Shown: positions 8,372 to 16,720 of the stretch, in pieces
Position numbering within the stretch: position 1 is the stretch's first letter
Layout: every line of letters starts with the position of its first letter
DNA from: an uncultured Acidobacteriota bacterium
Lineage (GTDB): Bacteria > Acidobacteriota > Terriglobia > Terriglobales > Acidobacteriaceae
NCBI GenBank assembly: GCA_963764145.1
Contig: CAVXRC010000005.1
Coordinates: 1,660,413 to 1,692,412 of the forward strand
Length of the DNA stretch: 32,000 nucleotides
Reading direction: 5' to 3'
Translations under genes and position numbers: made by a program
The notes under the pieces: generated by a model
Database searches by the model: none
What the model was told of the DNA's origin: nothing
The model's input: only the letters and a program-made list of their open reading frames with translations

Positions 8372-9749
8372 GCTCAACGAGACCGATATTCAGGGGTTTG
8401 TTCTGCGTGGCTACAACCTTCCATTCGCACGCTATCTGTTCCTGCATTTTGAAGATGCTAATCGAACGCGGAGCCTGATCGCGCGCCTGCTTAGCCAGAT
8501 AACCACCGGCCAGCGCTGGGACGGAGCCAAGCCGGAGAGCACGCTGAACATCGCATTTACTCACCGCGGCCTGCGGCATCTGGAACTGCCGGACGCAACA
8601 CTACTGACCTTTCCCGTCGAGTTTCAGCAGGGCATGAAGCATCGCGCCGAGATTCTCGGCGACTCGGGCGCGAATTCTCCCGAGCATTGGGATGAAGTCT
8701 GGCGCGAGGAACGCGTAGACGCCTGGCTGGGCATCAACGGCCTGACTGGAGAGGCTGTGGACGCCCGCTGTTCGGCTATCACCGCGATGATCGAGGCGAC
8801 GGGTGGAGCATTGGTGCTGGGCTCCCAGGATGCCGCGGCGGAAGTGTTCCAAGGCAAGGCGACGACCAGGGAACACTTCGGCTATACCGATGGCTTCGGC
8901 AATCCGGACTACCTTGGGGTCGATCGCAGCTCGCAGCCCGGCCAGGGAAAGCTTTTGCCGGATGGAAGCTGGGCGCCGCTGGCAACCGGAGAACTGCTGC
9001 TGGGCTATGCGGACGAGGCGGGCGAATTGCCGGTTGCCCCGGTGCCGCACCTTCTCGCCAGCAATGGCACCTTCATGGTGTATCGCAAGCTGCACCAGAA
9101 TCTGGCCACGTTTCGCGACTTTCTCGAGCAACAGGCCGCGAACTATGGCGGCGGCAAAGAAAAACTTGCCGCCAAATTTGTTGGCCGCTGGCGAGACGGC
9201 ACACCGATCGAACTCTCCCCCGACAGTCCCAATGCCGCCATTGCTCAGGACCCCAGCCGGAGCACCAACTTTACTTTCGGCCGGGATGCGGAAGGCACAC
9301 GGTGCCCCATGGGAGCGCACATCCGTCGCGTTCATCCACGCGATGCTTTCGGCTTCAACGGCCGGCTCATCAACCGTCGCCGCATCACCCGCCGAGGCCT
9401 GCCGTACGGACGCTTTGCGCCTGAAGGCACACCTGTCTCCGACACTGAGGAGCGAGGAGTCATCTTCATGGCGTTGAATGCCAGCCTGGCGCGCCAGTTT
9501 GAATTCGTACAGCAGCAATGGATTCAATATGGCAACGACGCCCGCCTGGGCAATGACAAGGACCTGCTGTTAGGCAATCACGGAGGCAGGGGAAGGTTTG
9601 TCGTGCAAGGCGATACGAGCCAGACGAATCCTCCGTTCGTTTGCAGCAATCTGCCGGATTTCGTAGAACTCCGCGGCGGCGATTATTTCTTTCTTCCCAG
9701 TATCACAGCGCTGGGAATGATCGCGATGGGGTTAGTCGATCCGCGCTGA
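8364..9749 (+). CDS. DyP-type (dye-decolourising) heme peroxidase
   Basis: N-terminal DIQGFVLRGY...FLHF. GXXDG region HFGYTDGFGNP (distal Asp). Proximal-His region CPMGAHIRRVHPRD. RRITRRGLPYG (distal Arg). GVIFMALNASLARQFEFVQQQW. The start is taken at ATG 8364; the track ORF extends upstream to 8193. Confidence 0.9.
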   Translation: MSKLNETDIQGFVLRGYNLPFARYLFLHFEDANRTRSLIARLLSQITTGQRWDGAKPESTLNIAFTHRGLRHLELPDATLLTFPVEFQQGMKHRAEILGDSGANSPEHWDEVWREERVDAWLGINGLTGEAVDARCSAITAMIEATGGALVLGSQDAAAEVFQGKATTREHFGYTDGFGNPDYLGVDRSSQPGQGKLLPDGSWAPLATGELLLGYADEAGELPVAPVPHLLASNGTFMVYRKLHQNLATFRDFLEQQAANYGGGKEKLAAKFVGRWRDGTPIELSPDSPNAAIAQDPSRSTNFTFGRDAEGTRCPMGAHIRRVHPRDAFGFNGRLINRRRITRRGLPYGRFAPEGTPVSDTEERGVIFMALNASLARQFEFVQQQWIQYGNDARLGNDKDLLLGNHGGRGRFVVQGDTSQTNPPFVCSNLPDFVELRGGDYFFLPSITALGMIAMGLVDPR

Positions 9750-9795
9750 ACTCAGGCTGCCGCACCGTCATCGTCAAATGGACGCTGGCGATGAA

Positions 9796-9815
9796 CAATT
9801 CCCGGACGGGAATTG
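9796..9815 (+). terminator. Hairpin downstream of the DyP gene (CAATTCCC-GGAC-GGGAATTG)
   Basis: Perfect 8-bp stem with a 4-nt loop, 47 nt after the DyP stop. There is no T tract, so only a weak terminator call is possible. Confidence 0.3.
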
Positions 9816-9890
9816 TGGGAATGTGGCAGCATGAACGGTTTTAGTAAAGACTATATAGACTGAATAGCTAACTATTTCAGGATCAATGTC

Positions 9891-9910
9891 TGGCGGAGAG
9901 AGGGGGATTC
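9891..9910 (-). other. Orphan tRNA 3'-end fragment, putative att core / ICE left junction
   Basis: The minus strand reads GAATCCCCCTCTCTCCGCCA, which is a T-loop end, T-stem, acceptor 3' strand, discriminator and CCA. The acceptor strand TCTCTCC would pair with GGAGAGA, which is tRNA-Ser-like. No matching 5' half, D-arm or anticodon arm exists in the adjoining 100 nt. The fragment is followed by AT-rich DNA and the integrase gene. Confidence 0.45.
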
Positions 9911-10001
9911 TCAAGCGGCAACCTGTATACTGTTGAAACTAAACGCTATGTGTAATAAAATCGGCGCTTAGCTAGATTTTAGCAGGGTAAACGGAGGGGA
10001 A

Positions 10002-11189
10002 GTGCCCAATCTGAAGGCCGTCTTGCTCTGGTACTGCCGCACTCCGCGCGGCTGGCGCCGGTTCCCCGTTTTGCTTGGTCGGAACAATAGAATTCGCCAC
10101 ACGTTTGTGACTGATCAGGGGAAGGAAATATCCTACCCGGAAGGTCGCTATCAGATTCTCGTCTACGAGGGCAGTCGTCCTGTCTACAAGAACGCGGGTG
10201 ATAACGCGGCGGACGCCCTGGCGGCTCGCGATAGGGAAACTCATTTGTTGGCGGCTAAGCTTTCAGCCGACAATGCTGGCGCCAAGATCGTCGAAGAAGA
10301 AAAGAGAACATATCTACGCCGAGCTGCCGGGCTCTACGTGCAAGACGCCGAGAATCGGAACGCCAAAGAAGCGGCAGAGCAGGCCGAGCAGGTTACTAAC
10401 GAGTTCTTGGACGTCTGCCGGAAGACGTTCGTTGACGAGGTCACCCGCGAGGACGTTTTCCGATTCCACAAGGCGTTGCGTGAGCGTGATTGCTCAGATC
10501 GGACGGTCGCCAACAAGCATGCTCGACTAAAAAGCTTCCTTCGATTCGCCGGCGTCGATCTCGCCATCGTTCCTCCAAAGCCAAAGTATGAAGAGGCGTT
10601 GCCGACGATCTACACAACGGAAGAGATACGGGGAATCCTCCAGGCAGCCGATCCCTACATGCGGATCGTGATCGAGATGGGTCTGAAGCTGGGGCTTCGC
10701 GAACAGGAATTGATGTATGCGGAGTGGACGGACTTGGACTGGGAAGAATCAGCGTTCAGAGTTCAAGGAAAGAAGTTTTGGGATTTTCGCGTGAAGGATT
10801 CTGAGCAGCGAGAGATTCCATGCGCATCGGACCTGCTGAAGGCGTTGAAGGCATGGAAGAAGAAGCATCCGAACTCCCGCCTGATCGTCGGGACCACCAG
10901 CGACAGCCCGAATACTCATCTGTTGCGTTCCCTCAAGCGATTGGCCAAACGCGCAAATCTGAACTGCGGGAAATGTGACGGATGCAACTCGAAGCTGAAT
11001 GAATGCCAAGGTTGGACCCTGCATAAGTTGCGGCGAACGTACTGCACAACCCTATTGCGCAACGGAATCGATCTGAAGACGGTCCAACACTACATGGGTC
11101 ATGCTGACTTGGCTTCTACGATGCGCTACCTGCGTCCGGCGGTCGGAAAGGAATCCCAACAGCGCATCAACGCCATTCAATGGATCTAA
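10002..11189 (+). CDS. int: Tyrosine recombinase / phage-type integrase
   Basis: GTG start after GGAGGGGA. The catalytic pattern is GLREQEL (Arg), HKLRRTYCT (H-x-x-R), MGHADLASTMRYL (His and Tyr nucleophile). An N-terminal SAM-like core-binding region is present (EDVFRFHKAL...NKHARLKSFLRFA). Confidence 0.9.
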   Translation: MPNLKAVLLWYCRTPRGWRRFPVLLGRNNRIRHTFVTDQGKEISYPEGRYQILVYEGSRPVYKNAGDNAADALAARDRETHLLAAKLSADNAGAKIVEEEKRTYLRRAAGLYVQDAENRNAKEAAEQAEQVTNEFLDVCRKTFVDEVTREDVFRFHKALRERDCSDRTVANKHARLKSFLRFAGVDLAIVPPKPKYEEALPTIYTTEEIRGILQAADPYMRIVIEMGLKLGLREQELMYAEWTDLDWEESAFRVQGKKFWDFRVKDSEQREIPCASDLLKALKAWKKKHPNSRLIVGTTSDSPNTHLLRSLKRLAKRANLNCGKCDGCNSKLNECQGWTLHKLRRTYCTTLLRNGIDLKTVQHYMGHADLASTMRYLRPAVGKESQQRINAIQWI

Positions 11190-11567
11190 AGGACTGGCAA
11201 CGGAATCACGCCGCGGGCGGCTTGAGCAGTGGGCGGACGCGTCGACGAATTCATCAAGTGAATTGCCGTCCGGGAAGATGGTTTTGACACTGCTGCCGTG
11301 CGCGTTGTGCGTAAAGAGGACGGGCAAAATCTGCTCGATATTGCCACGAAAAATCCACCTACGGACCTTACGTTGTTGCACTTGGTCTGGCAGAAGGCGC
11401 ACTTGCTGGCGATTTACCTGACGTTACCGGCGGCGCTGTCTCTTACTGCGACCGCGATGTATGCTCTGCGCCTGCCTGTTCCGTCGGGAAGACGCCCTGC
11501 TATCTGACCGGCACGCGCCTGTTTTTCAACCTCACTGCGGTCTCTTCGTAGTTGATATCCTTCAAAG

Positions 11568-12653
11568 ATGAATACTGTCTTCTATTCCTGGCAGAGCGAC
11601 AGGCCTGGGGCGGTTTGTCGCAATTTCATCGAGCGTGCTCTCCAGTCGGCCATCGACAGGCTGCGAGCCGACGTGGAGATTGAGCCGTCCCTGCGGAATG
11701 ATCTCGAACTCGATAAAGACACGAAAAACGTACCGGGCTCTCCCGCCATTTTCGACACGATTCTGTTGAAGATTGAGGCAGCGAGAGTTGCGGTTTCCGA
11801 TCTTACGTTCGTGGGCCGACGCGAAGACGGTAGACCGATCCCAAACCCGAACGTTTTGATCGAATACGGTTATGCGCTAAAGAAACCCGGCGCTACGAGA
11901 ATCCTTGCCGTGATGAACGAAGCGTATGGCGACGCGTCGAATCAAACCCTGCCTTTTAATCTAGCGCATGTAAGATTTCCTATTCGATATTCGCTGGCTG
12001 AGACCGCATCCGAGGACCAGAAGAAGGAGGCGCGAAAAGCGCTCACGGATGCATTCGAGTCGGCCTTAAGGACAATCTTCAGTAGCAAGGAATATCAAGC
12101 GGAAGAGGCAAGGCGGGTTCCCTCGGCGCTCGATGTTGCTGCCATTCATAAAAGAGAGCAGGAGTATTCATACCGGCTATCTGCTCTCGGCTATGGAGAC
12201 GGCCTAGAGGATGTCAACCAAAACGTAAAAACCTTGTTCGACCTCATCTGCGCCAAATGCAATGAAGTCGAAGCAAAACACAATTTGGATATCGAATCCG
12301 GCTTTCAAATAATTCCTCGGGAGAGAACGCAGGGTTGTGTCTTAAAGACACCGCATCTTGGAATCGTTCTGAATTGGGAGCAGCCCTTCATAAATTCGCT
12401 TGATCGCGCGAATCTCAACGTCGTTGAGTTGAGCGGGCGTCTCTATCTGCCTGGCCAGTTCTCGGGGGGAGCGTATTTTCCGCCGGAGGAACTTGACCGA
12501 AAAATCTATCAACCAACTCTCTCGGACGCGCTCGAGATCGGATGGGTGAAGCATGGAAAAACGATTCGGGAATCCCCTTTCATTTCGAACGAAAAATTTG
12601 CTGAAGGATGCGTCTCGCAGCTTTTGAATATGCCCCGAAAGGGCAATCGGTGA
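11568..12653 (+). CDS. TIR-like / nucleoside 2-deoxyribosyltransferase-like N-terminal domain protein with an unknown ~200-aa C-terminal domain
   Basis: The N-terminus is VFYSWQSDRPGAVCRNFIERAL...DKDTKNVPGSPAIFDTILLKIEAARVAVSDLTFV...PNPNVLIEYGYALKKPGATRILAVMNEAYG...LPFNL. This is the F(Y/S)SWQSD ... PNPNV.(I/F)E.GYA pattern I associate with TIR-like/NDT-like flavodoxin-fold domains. I do not recognise the C-terminal half. Confidence 0.55.
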   Translation: MNTVFYSWQSDRPGAVCRNFIERALQSAIDRLRADVEIEPSLRNDLELDKDTKNVPGSPAIFDTILLKIEAARVAVSDLTFVGRREDGRPIPNPNVLIEYGYALKKPGATRILAVMNEAYGDASNQTLPFNLAHVRFPIRYSLAETASEDQKKEARKALTDAFESALRTIFSSKEYQAEEARRVPSALDVAAIHKREQEYSYRLSALGYGDGLEDVNQNVKTLFDLICAKCNEVEAKHNLDIESGFQIIPRERTQGCVLKTPHLGIVLNWEQPFINSLDRANLNVVELSGRLYLPGQFSGGAYFPPEELDRKIYQPTLSDALEIGWVKHGKTIRESPFISNEKFAEGCVSQLLNMPRKGNR

Positions 12654-12922
12654 AACCTGAACGAGCATCGACCCGAACATGAGATTATGTTGAAATCAAC
12701 AATTCTGGCTTTTTGGTGTAGACCGGTAAGCCATTGTACTACTTCAACTTTCTGTGATCATGAGTTCTCGCCAACCTCACAGAGACGCACTCCGGGTTTT
12801 GTTCTTGATTCGCGCCGGCGGATCGGCTCCAGAGCCTCCTACGGAAGCGATCATTTAGATCTTCCGTTCAGAGGCGAGACTGCACGCCATGGATTTCTGG
12901 GTGAAAAAGAGGGCTCCTCAGG

Positions 12923-14473
12923 ATGTACTTTAAGGTGGCAACGACCTCAAGGCCCGACCTCGGGGGCCGGCTCCCAAGTGTCGTCCTTGTAGAGGACCAA
13001 TGGGACGACTGGTTCCAGTTCAGTACCATGTACACGGTTTACGTATTTGACTCCGGAGGCATTAGGCATCACATTGGAAGCGTAAAAATTGGTCAGTTTG
13101 GCATGGCTTCAGATCAGCGGCGCCCAGCGTTGGAAACTGATTTTGAAGCGCTAGACGATCGCTTCTTTTCCTTGGGCCAGGATGATTCCTATTACTCTCA
13201 GCTAAATGAACTCGTTCCGGATCTCAAAGACGAAATCCTAAACGCCCTAAGAGACCTTCCATACGGTGACTCCCGTCTATTTGAAATCGCACTTAAGGAA
13301 CGTGTGACTACCGTTTCCCTGCTTCGAAGTGTGGCGAGGGGAAGCGTGAGAGATCAGTTTCGCCGAATAGCACTAGGTGGAGCCAGGCTCTCTCAGTATC
13401 ATTTTTCGTATACTGCAGCTGCTATAGGACGACCAAGAAAAGCCGGGGCCTCATTTTCATTCGACGTACAGCCTGAATCGCAGCCGCCAACTAATATCCA
13501 CGTGATCATCGGGCGAAACGGTGTCGGAAAAACCTATCTTCTGAATGCAATGTCGAGAGCCTTGGTCCGCCTGCCGGACGATGAAATCGACAACGGTCGG
13601 TTCGACTTTCCTCACGAAACGTCGGGAACTGGGCTCTTTGCCAATTTTGTATCAGTGACATTCAGCGCATTCGATCCATTCGAACCGATTTCGGCGAGTC
13701 AGAGCCGAAAGGCTGGCGTGGAATATTCCTATATCGGTCTCAAGCGAATTCCTAAGCCGGGCGAAGAAAGGCCGTTGGCACCAAAATCCCCACAAATGCT
13801 TTCCCGCGAATTCACCGAGAGTGCGAAGATCTGCAGACAGGGAGCTCGGGCGGGTCGGTGGCTCAGAGCGCTCAAAATGCTGGAATCTGATCCCATATTC
13901 AAAGATGCCCAAGTCGCCTCCTTAGCTCCGTCGGATGAGGAGGGGGAACCGGGAACAGGTTCATCTACCAACGACATTTTTTCCCGTCTCAGCTCGGGAC
14001 ACAAGATTGTTCTGTTAACCATCACCCGCTTAGTCGAGACAGTCGCCGAGCGAACACTGGTCTTGCTTGACGAGCCGGAAGCTCACCTACATCCACCTCT
14101 TTTATCGGCGTTCATCCGAGCTCTTTCTGACCTCTTAATCAACCGTAATGGGGTCGCTATCGTCGCCACCCACTCGCCGGTCATCCTCCAAGAGGTTCCC
14201 CGAAGCTGCGTCTGGAAACTTCGACGAAGCGGCTTGATTTCTGTGGCAGAAAGGCCGGAAATTGAGACTTTCGGAGAGAACGTCGGGATCCTCACGAGGG
14301 AGGTATTCGGGCTCGAAGTAACGGACTCAGGTTTTCATAGGCTGCTCGCTGAGAGCGTCTCTGGAACGCGAACCTATGAACAGGTACTGACACGATTCAA
14401 CGGGGAACTTGGGGGAGAAGCAAGAGCCATTGTGATGGGACTACTTGCGGCGCGAGACGAGGAAGAAGCATAA
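12923..14473 (+). CDS. ABC/OLD-type (AAA_15/AAA_21-like) ATPase, PtuA-like, with an extra ~190-aa N-terminal domain
   Basis: Walker A GRNGVGKT (nt 13511-13534). Walker B / D-loop LVLLDEPEAHLHP (about nt 14057-14095). H-loop ATHSP. The first ~190 aa (SVVLVEDQWDDWFQFSTMYTVYVFDSGGIRHHIGSVKIGQFG...FFSLGQDDSYY) precede the P-loop and are not recognised. Confidence 0.75.
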   Translation: MYFKVATTSRPDLGGRLPSVVLVEDQWDDWFQFSTMYTVYVFDSGGIRHHIGSVKIGQFGMASDQRRPALETDFEALDDRFFSLGQDDSYYSQLNELVPDLKDEILNALRDLPYGDSRLFEIALKERVTTVSLLRSVARGSVRDQFRRIALGGARLSQYHFSYTAAAIGRPRKAGASFSFDVQPESQPPTNIHVIIGRNGVGKTYLLNAMSRALVRLPDDEIDNGRFDFPHETSGTGLFANFVSVTFSAFDPFEPISASQSRKAGVEYSYIGLKRIPKPGEERPLAPKSPQMLSREFTESAKICRQGARAGRWLRALKMLESDPIFKDAQVASLAPSDEEGEPGTGSSTNDIFSRLSSGHKIVLLTITRLVETVAERTLVLLDEPEAHLHPPLLSAFIRALSDLLINRNGVAIVATHSPVILQEVPRSCVWKLRRSGLISVAERPEIETFGENVGILTREVFGLEVTDSGFHRLLAESVSGTRTYEQVLTRFNGELGGEARAIVMGLLAARDEEEA

Positions 14474-15318
14474 TGTGGCCCCTTAATTCGCCAACTCGCC
14501 TCGTTGAATCTGTGCTTGCCACTTGCGTCAATAACATTGCGAATGCCGCAGCCAAGGCAACATATGAAAGCATGGCCCCGTTGTTGCTAGCAGCCGAAGA
14601 CCAGTTCAGAGCGGCCGCCCAGAACAACACACTACATCAGCTTCCAACGACCACAATGGTCGGGGCTCTGACAGCGAAGCAAATGGCCTGGCTCTACAGC
14701 AAGAAAATGGCAGATCCTAAAGCCCCAGGCAGAGCGATATATGACGAGATCAGAATGGCAGCCCCAAACGGGAGATGTCCGCTTTGCGGAAGAGGAGTCG
14801 TCTACACTCTGGACCATCATCTGCCTAAAGCCCACTATCCAGACCTTGCAATCACACCGATAAATCTCGTCCCCGCTTGTCAAGATTGCAACAAGAACAA
14901 AACCAGCATTTTGCCGACCACGGCCGGTGATGAAACTCTACATCCCTATTTCGACGACGTTGAACGAGATATTTGGCTCCACGCTCGCGTGATAGAGGTC
15001 GCGCCGGCAGCAGTCCTCTATTCGGTAGTTCCGCCGGCGACGTGGTCTCCGACTTTAGAAACGCGGGTGAAAAACCATTTCCGAATTTATCACCTGCGTC
15101 AACTCTATGCGTCGTTGGCGGGAGAGGAGATTGTTAACATTCGTGCTTTGCTAGCTGGCCCGCAGGCAAAGTCGGGGGCTCAGGGCATTCGAGAGTACTT
15201 AACATCTGTTTCAGAAAGCCATCGAACAACAAGACGAAACACTTGGCAGGCAGCCGCTTACTCCGCCATGGCGTCGAGTGACTGGTATTGCGAAGGAGGC
15301 TTTGCTCTCAAGGGGTAA
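14473..15318 (+). CDS. HNH endonuclease (HNH_5/TIGR02646-like), PtuB-like
   Basis: The start overlaps the ATPase stop (TAATG). HNH core: CPLCGRGVVYTLDHHLPKAHYPDLAITPINLVPACQDCNKNK. Confidence 0.75.
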   Translation: MWPLNSPTRLVESVLATCVNNIANAAAKATYESMAPLLLAAEDQFRAAAQNNTLHQLPTTTMVGALTAKQMAWLYSKKMADPKAPGRAIYDEIRMAAPNGRCPLCGRGVVYTLDHHLPKAHYPDLAITPINLVPACQDCNKNKTSILPTTAGDETLHPYFDDVERDIWLHARVIEVAPAAVLYSVVPPATWSPTLETRVKNHFRIYHLRQLYASLAGEEIVNIRALLAGPQAKSGAQGIREYLTSVSESHRTTRRNTWQAAAYSAMASSDWYCEGGFALKG

Positions 15319-15537
15319 CCTGCTACGAGGCAAACGAGCAAGGAAATGTGCCACTTTTGTGAATGCTCCCCCAACTTGTTGTCCACCAAAACATCTCGGA
15401 AGAAATCGGTCCCGATATGTCCGCTAGTTTCCGCGGATGACTGTAACCGATAGCAGGTGCCCATCAATTGTTTCCGTGTTGGCGCGACGGGTGGGGATTG
15501 ACAGCGGATGAGCAACGTGGTTTGTTTCCGATCGGAA

Positions 15538-15999
15538 CTACTGAATAGCCTTGGATTCGAGCCATGCCGCTGTCGCGTGCGGATCGAAGCGAATCGCCCC
15601 GCCGATGCGCAGTGACGGCATCCTGCCCTTCTTCGCGAGCTTGTAGATGTGTTTGCGACTGAGGGAGAGAACCTCTGCCAACTCTTCCGCCGTCCAGGCT
15701 GTACGCCTCTGGCGCACCAGAGAGGCGAGCGATTCAGATTCTGGATTCAATTGTGCACGGCCTTGCCCCCGAAGATCACGGGGCCCCGCCATCGGCGCCC
15801 CCATCTTCCCCCGTCGACGCATTGGCACTGTGGCGGAGCGCCTCGGTTTGCGACTTTCAATACCATCCTCGAACCGTGATCGGGATGGTTGAGAAGGAAT
15901 CTCATGACCTGTCGTTTGGACTTCCGAGGCAGGCAGAGTTCGCCTGGGGACCTCCTGGGCCAGATCTCGTTCGAGATTTATGCCGTTCTCGATAGTCAT
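15538..15999 (-). CDS. Excisionase-family (HTH_17/MerR-like) DNA-binding protein
   Basis: The C-terminus is WTAEELAEVLSLSRKHIYKLAKKGRMPSLRIGGAIRFDPHATAAWL. The N-terminal ~90 aa are low-complexity, so the true start may be internal. Confidence 0.6.
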   Translation of the reverse strand: MTIENGINLERDLAQEVPRRTLPASEVQTTGHEIPSQPSRSRFEDGIESRKPRRSATVPMRRRGKMGAPMAGPRDLRGQGRAQLNPESESLASLVRQRRTAWTAEELAEVLSLSRKHIYKLAKKGRMPSLRIGGAIRFDPHATAAWLESKAIQ

Positions 16000-16034
16000 T
16001 CTTGGCCCTCAATTGCATATCCAGGAGTTCATCA

Positions 16035-16715
16035 TCAACTGAACGCTTGATCCGTGCGGAACCGCACGATCGTCAATCCCAGCGGATTCACGGCAAGTTC
16101 GTTGTTTTTCACGTTTTCGCGGAAGACGTAGGTGACGGTCGCCGTCCAGCGTTCGCGCTTCACTTCACTGTGATCCGCGGGGTTCGTGAAGATCTTTTCG
16201 AACTCGATTCGCGCGGAATAGGGGGACTGCCGGAGATCATCGAGGACTACGTTTTTGACTTGGACATCGACGAACGGAAGGCCAGAATCCCTTTGGTAGT
16301 TCTGGATGACGTTGTCCTTGCGCTCCTGGTCAATGACCTGGCGCTGCACGTCGCCGTTCAGGAAGTAAAGCGCGTTCATCTGGTCGCGTTCGATTGTGAA
16401 CCGATTGCGGCTGAAATAGAGTTCGGCCCAGCGCGAAAGGTAGTACTTGTTCTCAGCTTCCTGAGGGCGGTATTGAAAATTGCGATAGTCGATTGCTTCG
16501 GCTCGGCCGACATCGTTGATGCGCACGATCATCGGATGCCTCGCTGCAAGCGCTCCTTGCGCTCTGTAGACAAGGGCCGTGAGCACAAGACAGATGGTGC
16601 ACAGCACCAGCACCGCAATCTTCAAATAGGTGTTCATCACGAGCGGCTCGCCATACTGTTCCAGATATTTTTCGGCGGCTCGGGTGAAATCGGGTTGTCT
16701 CATACTGACCTCCAT
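16035..16715 (-). CDS. virB8: T4SS VirB8/TrbF-like protein
   Basis: A single N-terminal TM helix (YLKIAVLVLCTICLVLTALVY) is followed by an NTF2-like periplasmic domain (YLSRWAELYFSRNRFTIERDQ...YSARIEFEK...WTATVTYVF). An alternative start at ATG 16703 has a GGAGG 6 nt upstream. Confidence 0.75.
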   Translation of the reverse strand: MEVSMRQPDFTRAAEKYLEQYGEPLVMNTYLKIAVLVLCTICLVLTALVYRAQGALAARHPMIVRINDVGRAEAIDYRNFQYRPQEAENKYYLSRWAELYFSRNRFTIERDQMNALYFLNGDVQRQVIDQERKDNVIQNYQRDSGLPFVDVQVKNVVLDDLRQSPYSARIEFEKIFTNPADHSEVKRERWTATVTYVFRENVKNNELAVNPLGLTIVRFRTDQAFS

Positions 16716-16720
16716 GTGGG

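Noticed and set aside
8601-9527. 308-aa ORF antisense to the DyP gene
   Set aside because: It is a typical high-GC antisense ORF. The plus-strand frame carries every DyP signature motif.
9891-9990. Possible complete tRNA gene on the minus strand
   Set aside because: Only the last ~20 nt fit a tRNA. The upstream 80 nt are AT-rich, lack a GGAGAGA acceptor 5' strand, and cannot form D or anticodon arms.
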